Assembly (NCBI RefSeq): GCF_006345805.1
Contig: NC_043021.1
Span: forward strand, 18,476,001-18,540,000
DNA: 64,000 nt
Source: Octopus sinensis
Taxonomy: Eukaryota
Direction of reading: 5' to 3'
This document shows, piece after piece, positions 14,751 through 28,329 of this stretch. Position 1 is the first letter of the stretch, and every line of letters begins with the position of its first letter. The notes under the pieces were generated by a model. It did no database searches. It saw nothing but the letters and a program-made list of their open reading frames with translations, and was not told the origin of the DNA. A program made the translations under genes and the position numbers.

Positions 14751-14885
14751 ATCCTGTCATTTGTGACCAACACTCTTCCTGTCATATTCCACCAACAGAA
14801 CAAGTGGGCAAAGGGCGATGTTGTGGTAAAATTTGTTATTAACAGATACCAACCAACCACCTGGGACTGGGTCGGTCTTTATCAG
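14751..14885 (+). CDS. INPP5K: Coding exon of INPP5K/INPP5J-like inositol polyphosphate 5-phosphatase; first half of SKICH domain
   Basis: Acceptor ttctcttcag| and donor |gtaatt; 135 nt, phase 0/0; ILSFVTNTLPVIFHQQNKWAKGDVVVKFVINRYQPTTWDWVGLYQ contains the SKICH hallmark WDWxGLY. Upstream phosphatase exons not found in the window. J versus K paralog cannot be settled from this fragment. Confidence 0.8.
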
Positions 14886-14918
14886 GTAATTACCTCCATC
14901 TTTCTTCTTTCCTCTGCA

Positions 14919-15345
<427 letters not shown>

Positions 15346-16724
15346 GACATATGTATATATGTATATATATATATGTATATATAAGTTACGGGGACGTAAA
15401 CACACCAGCATGTCAAGCGATGTTGGGGGGACAAACACAGACACACAAACACATACACACACACACATATATATACATATATATGATGGGGTTCTTTCAG
15501 TTTCCGTGTACCAAATCCACTCACAAGGCTTATTTATTTCTTTATTGCCCACAGGGGGCTAAACATAGAGGGGACAAAAGGATTAAATCGATTACATTGA
15601 CCCCAGTGCATAACTGGTACTCACTTAATTGACCCCGAAAGGGTGAAATTTGAACTCAAAATGAAATGACAGACGAAATACCGCTAAGCATTTCGCCCGG
15701 TGTGCTAACGATTCTGCCAGCTCGCCACCTTTGAGCTGGCAGAATACATTGTATGTAGATTAAAAGAATTAAAGATAATGCTGTGCCACTTTTTAATAAT
15801 CCTTATTATTACTATTGACACACACACACACATACATGTATAACAAAACTGGAAAATGGAAATATTTTGGTATTATTTATTCTCCATTACATTTGTTTCA
15901 TTTGCTAATAAAAAGGGCAAAGGTTCCCATGTTTGGTAGGCATATAAAGAATTTCCTGTTAGAAATTCATCAGAAAACATTTTTTTATAATACAGAAATT
16001 AGATTTGGATGAAGTGTTTAGGTGCAGGCGTGACTGTGTGGCACAAAACTTGCCTCCCAACCATATGCTTCCAGGTTCAGTCCCACTGTGTGACACCTTG
16101 GGGCTACAACCAAAGACTTGTGAGTGAACTTGCTTGAGAGAAACTGAAAGAAGCCCATTGTATATATAAATGTGTGTGTGAGGGAGTCTTTGTAATATAT
16201 GATATACAACACATCAGTGTGTGATACATCATAAAGTTATACACGATATATCATACAACAAAATATGACATACAACAGTATGGCATAACCACATGCCAGT
16301 GTATAATATATTCACACACACATACACACACACACACACAGCAGCATATAACATGTAGCAATATCACTGTCCAGTATAGGCATATAATAAATAGAGATAT
16401 TTAATATCTACCAGTATGTATAACATCTCACACAACAGTGTATAGAATATCAATATCACTGTATAATAAATATGCACCAGTATGTATATATATATATATA
16501 TATATATCACATCTGTATATGGAATATCACACAGTAAAAATACTATTTTCATGACTAGGTGTGAGTTAAGTTTTTCAAATTTCATTATAAATGATGTAGT
16601 AACATAAGCTTTTCATGAAAGCTGTGGTTAAACGTTGTCATAAGTTATCTCCCTGGGCCCAGAAGACAAAATGGAAAACGCATTGCCCTGGAGGATAATG
16701 AGGGAGATGCACTGAAACTGTGCA

Positions 16725-17540
16725 TATCACATATCACTCTATAATATACACCAGAATATCACATACCCCTGCATAATATACACCAGAATATCACATACCC
16801 CGGCATTATATACACCAGTATATCACATACCCCTGCATAATATACACCAGAATACCACATATCACTGTATAACATACACCAGTATATCACATATCACTGT
16901 AGAATATTCACCAGAATATCACATATCACTATATAATATACACCAATATATCACATATCACTGCATAATATACACCAGAATATCACATATCACTATATAA
17001 TATACATCAGAATATCACATATCCCTGCATAATATACACCAGAATATCACATATCACTGCATAATATACACCAGAATATCATATATCACTGTATAATATA
17101 CACCAATATATCACATATCACTGCATAATATACACCAGAATATCACATATCACTATATAATATACATCAGAATATCACATATCCCTGCATAATATACACC
17201 AGAATATCACATATCACTGCATAATATACACCAGAATATCACATATCCCTGCATAATATACACCAGAATATCACATATCACTGCATAATATACACCAGAA
17301 TATCACATATCACTGTAGAATATACACCAGAATATCATATATCACTGTATAATATACACCAATATATCACATATCACTGTATAATATTCACCAGAATATC
17401 ACATATCACTATATACGATACACCAATATATCACATATCACTGCATAATATACACCAGAATATCACATATCACTGTAGAATATACACCAGAATATCATAT
17501 ATCACTGTAGAATATACATCAGAATATCACATGTCACTGT
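16725..17540. repeat. 32-bp minisatellite (aatatcacatatcactgcataatatacaccag), ~25 units
   Basis: Directly visible tandem array with variant units. Confidence 0.95.
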
Positions 17541-17666
17541 ATATGTGATATTCTGATATATACATATCACTGTATATAGCTGTATGTATATCATATGGTT
17601 GTCTATAATGTATCTCACTTGATTGTTTAATTATATACATTTTCCCATTCATGATTTAATTTACAG

Positions 17667-17852
17667 GAAGATTTCACCAACATCGATCACTACGAGGATT
17701 TCGAATATGTTGTACCCCACAGCAAAGAGTCAGAAGAACCATTAAAAGTGACATTTCTGCTGAGCAAATTCAAGCATTTGCGAGGAAAACATATTTTACT
17801 GTATATTGGAACCTACAAGAATACCATGTTGGGACTGAGCAATGTGTTCTTG
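17667..17852 (+). CDS. INPP5K: Coding exon, second half of SKICH domain
   Basis: Acceptor tttacag| and donor |gtgagt; 186 nt, phase 0/0; EDFTNIDHYEDFEYVV...KHILLYIGTYKNTMLGLSNVFL matches the SKICH pattern (Y..Y.W/Y-V, LL.Y, G.S.xF) and continues the previous exon in frame. Confidence 0.8.
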
Positions 17853-20099
17853 GTGAGTGGACGTTTCTTCTTTTTCACGCCTTTACTTGTTTCAGTCATT
17901 TGACTGCTACCATGCTGGAGCACCGCCTTGAAGGGTTTTAGTCAAACAAATCAACCCCAGGACGCTTTTTTTTTAAGCCTAGTACTTATTCTATTAGTCT
18001 GATTTGCTGAACCGCTAAGTTATGAAGATGTAAACACACCAACACTGGTTGTCAAACGGTGATTGGAGGACAAACACAGATACAAAGACACACACAAATA
18101 TATCTATCGAGGGTAACTGCTGGAAGACCTTATGTCTGGCAACAGGACTCTGCACCATGCCACAGAAGCAGGAGAATCCAGTCATGGCTGTCAGACAGTT
18201 TCTGCGACCACATCACCCCTAACATCTGACCACCTAATAAAAGGACACAGATAGAGCCAATGGTTTAATAAATAGCTTTCATCTGTGCTTGCATACTGAT
18301 ATGACGTATCACTTCTCGTCATCATTGTTATATCTGAACTGTTATGATATCAAACATTTCCTGATGTTCTCTTATTACTCTCCAACTGTGTATCTTCAAC
18401 AAGCACTCCATGATGTCTCTATTCAATAATTCCTACAACCTCTACACTATGACTGCACGTATGACACTCTTCTCAGACTGTTCTACGCATGCTCATCATC
18501 ATCATCATCATCATCATCATTTAACATCCGCTTTCCATGCTAGCATGGGTTGGACGATTTGACTGAGGTCTGGCGAACCAGACTCCAATCTTGATTTGGC
18601 AGAGTTTCTACAGCTGGATGCCCTTCCTAACGCCAACCACTCCGAGAGTGTAATGGGTGCTTTTACACGCCACCAGCACGAGGGCCAGTTTGATGGTACT
18701 GGGAACGGCCATGTTCAAATGGTGCTTTTTGCGTGCCACTTGCACAGGAGCCAGTCCAGCAGCACTGGTGACGTCCTCGCTCGAATGTTTCACGTGCCAC
18801 CAACACAAGCGCTAGTAAGGCGACATGGTAACGATCATTTATACTAACTAGTATTGTTCACTTAGCCAATCACAGCGGTGTACAGATTCCCCATACAACA
18901 CGTACAATAATGGTCAAAATCTTAAATAAATCACTAATTTATCCCCCAACAATGGCTCACTGGAAAGTCATTTTCCTTCACATAAAACTCTTGCTTTATT
19001 GTCAGTTCTACTGAATAACAGTGTTTTCGAACTCAATAAATATTGTGGTCGTTTTTTTTTACAAAAAAAAAAAAAGCTCTTCCCTTGAATTTATCTAAAA
19101 CCTTTTGTCGTTAATATTGGAATTTGGATTTTATTTGGAACAATTACTTTCTCTGTACACTTTGGCTGTTGAAATTCCCTCCAAAATTATCAACATTGAA
19201 AGGAGAAAATTGTGAGCCAATTAACTTGACATATTTTACATGTAAGGTTTTGTAAACAATAATTAATGAGACTGTAATTTTAATTACAAGATGTTGAATA
19301 CTTCATGTGGAAAAATTAAAGGACACAGTTTATGGTTTTTAAGTAAAAACTTAACTGTACCCCAGTTATTGCTATATAAAGTCCTCAGGTTCAGTCCTTT
19401 ACTAAAATTTACTTTTTATCTTTTTCTGTTTTTGTTTTTTCTAATAAATTGTCAAAAATCTTTCTTCTTAACACACCTCAATATATCAAAGTTGATAAAG
19501 GGTTTATCATAAAAAAGGGATGTGTTTTCAGGGGTCCCTCTCAAAGTAGTTTCTTAGTTCTGGTTCAGCTCCTTTCTTTGGGCTTTGCCCAAAATGATAA
19601 AAAAATAGTTTTGTGTATTTGTTTGTCTGTTGTTTATTTTCTGAGAAGAATGGTGACAAGTGTGGAGTTACTGGCATTAGGAAGGGCATCCAACCGTAGA
19701 AACCTTGCCAAAACAAACAGTTGGAGCCTGGTGCAGCTTTCCAAGTTGGCATCTCCTCTTAAACCATCCAAACCATGCCAGCATGGAGAACTGAGTTAGA
19801 TGATGACGACATGACGATGACGCCAACAGAGTTACTCAAGTGCAACATTCTTGATCTATTTCATATGAATGTAAATTACTTTCATATAAAACAGATCAGG
19901 AATGAGATAACAGTCCATAGCTTTTGTGGTGTATAATTATTTACATTAAGTAAAGACAACATATATATATCATCATCATCATCATCATCATTTAACGTCC
20001 GCTTTCCATGCTAGCATGGGTTGGACGATTTTGACTTAGGGCTGGCGAACCAGATGGCTGCACCAGGCTCCAATCTTGATTTGGCAGAGTTTCTACAGC

Positions 20100-20130
<31 letters not shown>

Positions 20131-20624
20131 ATACTACTCATCACCATCACCATCATCATCACCACCATTTAATATCTGTTTTGCTGATGAAACAGAGGAC
20201 AGAGCCAAGCTGTTTCTATGGTTTCTATGGCTGGATGCCTTTCTTAACACCAAAAAGAAAGGTTCTGGTGTCAGGAAGGGCATCCAGCTGTAAAAATCCT
20301 GCCAGAACAGCCACAGAAATCTGGTGCAGTTTTCGGCCTGGCTGACCCTTGTGAAACTGCCCCACCCATGCCTGCATGAAAGGCAGATGTAAAACGATGG
20401 TGATGATGATGATGATGATGAGGCACACCATACACAGTCCTGGAGGTGCATAATTAAACACCCATAAAGGCATTAGGGGTTAATGAGAAGCAATCTTAAT
20501 CTTGTTAATTGCATTAATTTAGCTGAGAAAGTGGGTTCAGATCATTTATAACAAAAGATAGAAATATTTTGATGCTTAAAGATGTCTTCAATTCATTATG
20601 GACAGAGGACATAATGTAACAGCA

Positions 20625-21060
20625 TTGTTCGACCGTGGTCGAGACAATGGAATTTACCCTGTTACGCCAGACTTCACAGTCCATCATAGCATTACGGAGG
20701 TCCTGTTGCTGGATGCCTGTATCCCTGGAGATTACATCAGGGTAGGAGAGTGTGCGCCCTCTGGTATCGCAAGCAGATGGCTTCCAGAGGAGAAGAGTAG
20801 AAATTACCTCGTTTTCAGCTCTACAACAATGTCCAGCAAACTGGACTCTCCTTCCTTTCACAAGAGATGACACAGGTGGTAGTTTCCCATATATTTGCAT
20901 TTTGGTTGGATGACGCTTCCACGAGAGATTTTGAGCTCTCATAAGGAGGCGAGTGTAGGTTCCATCCAACCACCTCTCAAGTTTCTTTGATAACGTCCAG
21001 GTTTCTGAGCCATATAGTAGGATTGGTTCGACTGTGGCTTTGAAGATTTCAAGTTTGAAA
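20625..21060 (-). mobile_element. 5'-truncated RTE LINE (ORF C-terminus)
   Basis: LLYGSETWTL...VQFAGHCCRA...WRNRV; flanked by ~25-bp direct repeat cagag(g/a)acataatgtaacagcattg at 20603-20627 and 21061-21085. Confidence 0.88.
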
Positions 21061-21243
21061 CAGAGAACATAATGTAACAGCATTGGTCTGACATTTTTAG
21101 TGACCAGTTCTTTGTAGCACCTTGGGTACACATTGATCCAATCACCAAAGTTAAGCAATTTTGGGCCTAGTTTAGTACTTAGATGAGTGACTGCTTGGGA
21201 AATGTAGCACTGTGAGCAGATTTTTATACTGTGTACTCTTGAG

Positions 21244-21736
21244 CAGTGCTACTCAAAGTGGTGCTCTGCAGACCGGTGCCGGTCCGTGAGCCATCAGCTG
21301 CCAGTACGCGGTGAGTTTCCAGAAAAGAAAGAAACGTTATAAAATGCTTATGTAATATTGTATTATTTGTTTACAAAACATAAGATAAAAAAAATTTGTC
21401 AACTTTTATTATATTCATTATATATATTATTAAATCTCAGAACGAGATGTAAGCAGTAACCGCTCGACAATGTAAAGTATAAAAGCCATCTCAATATGGC
21501 TAACCACAAAGTGGGGGGGGGTGTTACTGTAGCTTTTTAGCTACGATGATCTCCTGGGGCTAAAAAGCTACAGTAACACCCCCTTCCTTTGTGGTTAGCC
21601 ATATTGAGATGGCTTTTATACTTTACATTATATATATTGTTTCTGGTATTAATTAATCTTACTAAGAAATGTCCCTGGCACATTGGGAAAAAAATAGACT
21701 ACCGGTAAGCCAGATCTGATAGTTTGAGAAGCACTG
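21244..21736. mobile_element. Non-autonomous hAT (Charlie-like) element containing a nested hairpin insertion
   Basis: TIRs cagtgctactcaaa / tttgagaagcactg; 8-bp TSD ctcttgag / ctctagag (NTCTAGAN-type target). Confidence 0.85.
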
Positions 21737-22699
21737 CTCTAGAGTACTGTACTCAGAATCTAATATGACCAGAGAAGCTAAAGAGAGGAAGATTGCATGG
21801 AAAGTAAGAGGCCCACTGGGTCCTGATTCCGCTATTATGTGCCCCTCACTGTGACTGCAGATTTCATGCCAAAATTGGCCTAATAAGACACCTCAGGACC
21901 CACAAAATACAAAAGGTAGAAGGGTAAAGACCCCCTTCGGTCATGAATAACCATGGGATTGCACCTAGAAAGTTGCCCTCTGAGGTACAAGTCTGGGCAA
22001 GGTTGTTTATGGAAGACCAGCACTTGACCAAGCATATCGGCCTCCCCTCTCCACACCACTGGTGTTATCCAAGGGAAAGGCAAAGACTGATACAGCTTGG
22101 CACCAGTGACAGTGAAACTCGTTTCTACAGCTGAGTGAAGTGGAGCAATGTGAAATAAAGTGTCTTTCTCAGGAACACAACACATAGTCTGGTCCGGGAA
22201 TTGAACTCACAACCTCACGATCATAAACTCGATGCTCTAACCACTGAGCCATGAACCTTCACAGTACAAAACTGATAACCTAGTCATCTTCAGATACATG
22301 AAGGCCAAAACCTAACAATAGTGGTATAATATTTTAAATTATATATTGTTAGTACAGTATAGCAATATTGGGACAACATATTTAGATGTAATTAATACAA
22401 TATAATTACATAGGTACATTTTAGATATACACACACACATGTATTTAGTTGGTATGATATACTGTATTTTAATGAGTATAAGGAACCCCCTAATTCTTGG
22501 AGCTTAAAATTTAGAAAAAAGGTTTTGAAAGGGATTATAATACTATCCATGTATAAGAAACCCCAATATTTTTAAACCTAATTTTTGACGAAAAAAGGGT
22601 TCTTTTTACACATTAAAATACGGTAGTTATGTTGATTGGTATGATACATGTAATTAGCACAATACAGTAATGGTACATTTTATATATATATATATATAT

Positions 22700-23020
22700 T
22701 ATAACTTGCTCTGAGATTTATTATTGCTTGTTTACACTTTTTTGATATCAGTGTCTATTGATACTGGAAAAAGGATAAGTATTTGTGAAGGGAACCTACT
22801 TCTCATCGACAACTGTGATTGTCACACGCCGATGACGGGTCAATACCCAGAAACTCGAGTCCGTGTGTATCATAAGTTGGAGACGGGAAGGATGGCTTCC
22901 CTTAGCAAATATTGATAGGGCATAGAAAATGTGCCTATAGCCAGCTGGGGGAGGTGTCCTCCTGGGGCTACAAACTACAGTAGCATCCACCCTTAGGGGT
23001 TAGCCATATTTAAATGGCAA
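22700..23020 (+). mobile_element. Probable Penelope-like pseudo-LTR remnant
   Basis: Contains the 22823 hammerhead motif, is flanked by (TA)n, and its 3' end matches the fold-back element at 63290-63471. Confidence 0.55.
22823..22867 (+). ncRNA. Minimal type I hammerhead-like motif (U4C, C.A mismatch at base of stem II)
   Basis: cacacg CCGAUGA c-gggu caau accc-a GAAA c UCGA g UC cgugug: 6-bp stem I, palindromic stem III loop, GUC triplet. Confidence 0.65.
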
Positions 23021-23031
23021 ATATACGTCAC

Positions 23032-23071
<40 letters not shown>

Positions 23072-23360
23072 TTTATGTATATATATTTATGTATATATGT
23101 GTATATATGTAGTTGACACGGTATACCAATATTGGTATGGTATTTTAGATATATATATGATTAATACAATGTTGGCAGAATTTGAACTCAGAACCTACAG
23201 ATGGACGAAATAGTGCTAAGCATTTTGCCTGGTATACTTACAGTTCTTCCAGCTCACTGCTTTAGTATGCTTTAGTAGTGCCCTAGTATGGTACATTCTT
23301 AGAAATCAGTCAATATGTTATGAGGCAATCATACAGTACACATATTTATATATATAGATA

Positions 23361-23773
23361 GGCGCAGGAGTGGCTGTGTGGTAAGTAGCTTGTTTACCAA
23401 CCACATGGTTCCGGGTTCAGTCCCACTGTGTGGCACCTTGGGCAAGTGTCTTCTACTATAGCCTCGGGCCGACCAAAGCCTTGTGAGTGGATTTGGTAGA
23501 CGGAAACTGAAAGAAGCCTGTCGTATATATGCATATATATGTATTTGCGTGTATGTTTGTGTATCTGTGTTTGTCCCCCTAGCATTGCTTGACAACCGAT
23601 GCTGGTGTGTTTACGTCCCCGTCACTTAGCGGTTCGGCAAAAGAGACCGATAGATAGAATAAGTACTGGGCTTACAAAAGAATAAGTCCCGGGGTTGAGT
23701 TGCTCGACTAAAGGCGGTGCTCCAGCATGGCCGCAGTCAAATGACTGAAACAAGTAAAAGAGTAAAGAGTAAG
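23361..23773 (+). mobile_element. tRNA-headed SINE family A, full length (octopus OK/OR1/OR2 group; exact name not assigned)
   Basis: A box tggctgtgtgg, B box ggttcagtccc, CORE-like ccttgggcaagt, internal (TA/TG)n, (aaagagt)n tail. Confidence 0.85.
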
Positions 23774-24139
23774 AATATATATCATCACGTCGTGTTAACG
23801 TCCGTTTTCCATGCTAGCATGTGTTGGACGGTATATATATATATATATATATATATATTGGTTATATATAGATATATATATATTATATATGTGTGTGTGT
23901 ATAATGTAGTTGACACGGTATAACCAATATTGGTATGGTTTTTAGATATATATATGATTAATACAATGTTGCAGAATTTGAACTCAGCAACCTACAGATG
24001 GACGAAATAGTGCTAAGCATTTTGCCTGGTATGCTACAGTTCTTTCTTCGCTCACTGCTTTAGTATGCTTTAGTAGTGCCCTAGTATGGTACATTCTTAG
24101 AAAGCAGTCAATATGTTATGAGGCAATCATACAGTACAC

Positions 24140-24254
24140 ACATATATATATATATTATATATAGTATATATATATATATATATATCATATATATATATAT
24201 GTATATATATATAATATATCTATATATTTTATATATTATATATATATATATATT

Positions 24255-24305
<51 letters not shown>

Positions 24306-24348
24306 ATTTATATATATATATATATATATATTATATATTATATATATA

Positions 24349-24404
<56 letters not shown>

Positions 24405-24503
24405 ATATATATATATTTAGAATATATATATATAGATTTATATATATATTTAATTATATATATATTTATATATTTATATATATTATATATATATTATAAT
24501 ATT

Positions 24504-24555
<52 letters not shown>

Positions 24556-24890
24556 ATATTATATAGATATTATATATATATTTATATACTATATAGATAT
24601 ATTTATATATATATATATAGATATATATATATATATATATTTTATATATATCTATATATATATATATTATATATATTTTATATATATATATATATATATA
24701 ATATATAGATATATATATATTTATATATATATATTTATATATATATATATTATATATATATATATTTATATATATATATATGATATAGAATATGCTATTT
24801 ATATACATATATATATTTATATACTATATATATTTATAAATATATATATTTTATACATATATATATTTATATATATATATATATATATAT
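24140..24890. repeat. Irregular (TA)n tract; similar tracts at 27475-27850, 35120-35700, 59320-59680, 62810-63285
   Basis: Directly visible. Confidence 0.95.
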
Positions 24891-25279
24891 GTAAATATAG
24901 TAATAAACTGATAGAGGATTTGTTCAGCTTAAGTTTATTTTATTTTCTCGGCTATGAACTATTTCTTGCTGTAAGTTGCTATAGTTTTGTTGCTACAAAG
25001 TGTTTCAGTAAGAGGCCAGAATGTTTTGCTGTTGTTGCTGTTGTTTGAGAGAGACGAAATATCTTCTGAAGCTGGCATGGTTGATAAAAGACAGAAATGG
25101 CAAGAGGGTGTCAGGTATCGGTAGACAAATAAAGGTTCTGTTAAAATAGATCTCTTGGAACTGCATGTATGTGTATATATGCATGTGTCTGTGTGTATGC
25201 AGAGACAGAGAGATGCATACTGACAGCAGCTGTTTGTATACGCAAGCATATATACAACATATGCACTTCTAATTGATTG

Positions 25280-25329
<50 letters not shown>

Positions 25330-25497
25330 CATGTGTATACATATATATATGTGTATACATATATATATGTACATAGGTACTTGCAGTTGTTTGTATTATG
25401 TGTATGTATGTATATATATATATATTTATCATGATCATAACATCAAGTTATATATTATTTTCACATGCTGATATACACATACACTTATATTTGTACA

Positions 25498-25528
<31 letters not shown>

Positions 25529-26026
25529 ATGTGTGCACATACACACACACTAGTACTTATGCAACCTTTGGGGATCTGCCCAAAAACACCCTCCAACCCC
25601 CCAGCTCCCAAAAAGCTACAGATATAGTACCACTGTACTCATTCCAACCCTACAAGAAGACCAACCCATACACCATACACACATTTCCAGAAAACTCTTG
25701 AAGCCTTTCAACACCCGTAGACCATTTTTGGTGCCAAGAGACTTAACTTTTATCTTAATCCTTGTCCAGTTCGTTTAGTCATCTTTTTTCCACACCAAAC
25801 ACAAACTAGATGTGTCTATTCACTGCCAATGATTGAGAGCAGTTGCCATATTTTCATCCGTAACTGCCAGGTCTGAAGAGTGCAGAGTTTCAGAATCTGG
25901 CTATTACCTAACACCCCATTGAACCTCTAGTGCAAAACCAATTGTTAAGATCAACTATAATGGATATATAATAGTAGGCAATTCCAAAATTTGAGGTATC
26001 TGGTTGATTTGTATTGGTGAAATTAA

Positions 26027-26246
26027 CTTTTTAGTATTCAAATTATTCTGTTAAATGTGATGTTTGTTTATTAACATTCTCTTGAATTAATCATGCATTA
26101 TCTTATAGTTTAGAGATTTCAGTGATGTGATTGTTTAGTTATAGAATGACATTGTAGGGTAGGTGTGAGAGGCCAGATCTGGTCAGTGTCAGTATAAAAC
26201 AAGTTAAATATTTTGGCCGGATATGATCAGTTTGAATGCTAAAGGT
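26027..26246. mobile_element. piggyBac-type MITE, same family as 9788-9997, opposite orientation
   Basis: TTAA on both sides; internal gtagggtaggtgtgagagg is the reverse complement of the 9788 copy. Confidence 0.65.
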
Positions 26247-26372
26247 TTAATCTAAATAGACAAATGGCTTACACACATATGTGTGTGTATACACACATAC
26301 TCACACACACACACACACATATGCACATACACACAAACTTATTTTTAATTATCTTTTCTCTGTCTTTCACAG

Positions 26373-26384
26373 ATCAACCACTGA
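26373..26384 (+). CDS. INPP5K: Probable terminal coding exon (I-N-H-stop), followed by 3' UTR
   Basis: Strong acceptor (atcttttctctgtctttcacag|) then ATC AAC CAC TGA; gives GLSNVFL-INH*, aligning with the GISRPFQI end of vertebrate INPP5K SKICH as I recall it. Confidence 0.65.
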   Translation: MNH

Positions 26385-26700
26385 AGACCAAAAACCACGT
26401 GTGATGTTGTGGAGTTCAGTTCAGTCTATTCTCCTTGGTGCTAACTGAGTCTGTCGTCTCATCTCTTTGATGTCATCCTGACTTTCTCACAGAACATTGG
26501 TCCTTTGTCGTTGGTGTGAGGAAGGAGAAGAAAAGGAAGGAGTGAGAGTCTCCTTCAACGCCAACTCCCCCCCTCCTTTCTCTCTCTCTCTCTCTCTCTC
26601 TCATGATCTCACCTCTTCCTCCTCCTTCTCTACTGAAATAGCGTGACTGATCTCTCTGGTTTGACACAGTGTGTATGTCAGTATGTACACAGATTGTACT

Positions 26701-26731
<31 letters not shown>

Positions 26732-27244
26732 TACACATACTGATGGATGGACGGATGTGTACATGCGAATACACGAGATGGGGGTGGGCCATACACTCTC
26801 CATCTGTCTTGCAATCCTGACCATGTTACCATAACAACAGACTAGTTTTTTTTAAAAATTCCTTGACAACACTGCCACTCATTCCCCACCCAAATGTTAT
26901 TTTCTTAACCCCCCCCCTCACCACCACACTCTCTCTCTCTTTCATTTTATAATCCTCATACTTAATTCCATCATACCCTTAAACTACCATTCCTAAATCT
27001 CCCACCTTCATATATATATATATATATATGCATATAACATTAAAGGAGGGCATGCACCTCCACCAAGCATGTCTGAAGAATTGTCAACATTGCTAAGTGC
27101 AATAGACGGTGCAAAACCATGGCTACTGTTTTGACCAGTTACATCAGACCTTCAAACCGGAAGTGGCATTTTTCTTGGGATAACATTTACATTTGTATAT
27201 AAGCATAAATGTTTACTCAAATAAAATTGCATTTCATGTTCGAT

Positions 27245-27323
27245 GCTCTGATGAAGCTGTAAGGTGATACACAAGCATTCAACTATGAATGCATTGCATC
27301 TTATAGCAGAAACGGCTGGGAGC
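27245..27323 (+). ncRNA. Degenerate hammerhead relic with long stem II
   Basis: CUGAUGA 27248-27254; 11-bp stem gcuguaaggug/caucuuauagc with inner 7-bp hairpin gcauuca/ugaaugc; GAAA 27309-27312; the UH position reads GG, so predicted inactive. Confidence 0.5.
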
Positions 27324-27482
27324 TAATGAAGTTCCTTACATCACTTTTTTTATTCCTTTGTCATTTATTTCATTTCCTATCACTGTTCTGTATTTGACTA
27401 ACATTTTTTTCTCTGAAGCATATTTATATTGAGTTCTAACACCAGGTTATTATATCACTATGCATAAGCAAAATAATATATA

Positions 27483-27526
<44 letters not shown>

Positions 27527-27705
27527 GTATATGTATATATATATATATATGTATATATATATTATATATATATATATTATATATATATATATAATATATA
27601 TTTATATGTATATGTATATATATATTTATATGTATATGTATATATATATTTATATGTATATGTATATATATATTTATATGTATATGTATATATATATTTA
27701 TATGT

Positions 27706-27740
<35 letters not shown>

Positions 27741-28329
27741 TTATATGTATATGTATATATATATGTATATGTTATATATGTATATGTATATATATATGTA
27801 TATGTATATATATATATTTATATGTATATGTAATATATATATATATATATGCATGTATATACAGAGGGAGAGAGAATGAATGTATATGTATGTTTTTAAA
27901 GTGTGTCCTGTTAAACTATGGGAAACAATATAATAATGTAAAAATGTAAATACCCTCCAATCACTTTGTGTCTTGTTTAAGGCCTGGAACATAAATCTGA
28001 ATTTCAAGAGCCAATGTTTATGTCCAGATTTTAAGAGATGGTGCTTAACTGCCATTTTTAAGGGCCAATTCTTGTCCCCTGTTTAAGGGCTGGTATTTAG
28101 CTACAAAAAACCTTTTGACAGGATGCCTGGTTATTATTAAAGGCAACATACTCATTTATTATGGGGATCCATATTCTACCATTGACAGCCAGGTGGACTG
28201 AGGCATTGTTTGTTGAATAAAGTGTTGTGTCTGCGAGCACAACAGAACACCAACAGCAGTTTTGATCCCAGGACCTCTAGGTGTGCAGATTTGGACCTTA
28301 TCCACGCAGACATTTCAGGTCTATACACA

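Noticed and set aside
16725-17540. CRISPR-like periodicity of the 32-bp and 43-bp arrays
   Set aside because: Units are contiguous with no unique spacers, the context is eukaryotic, and there are no cas genes.
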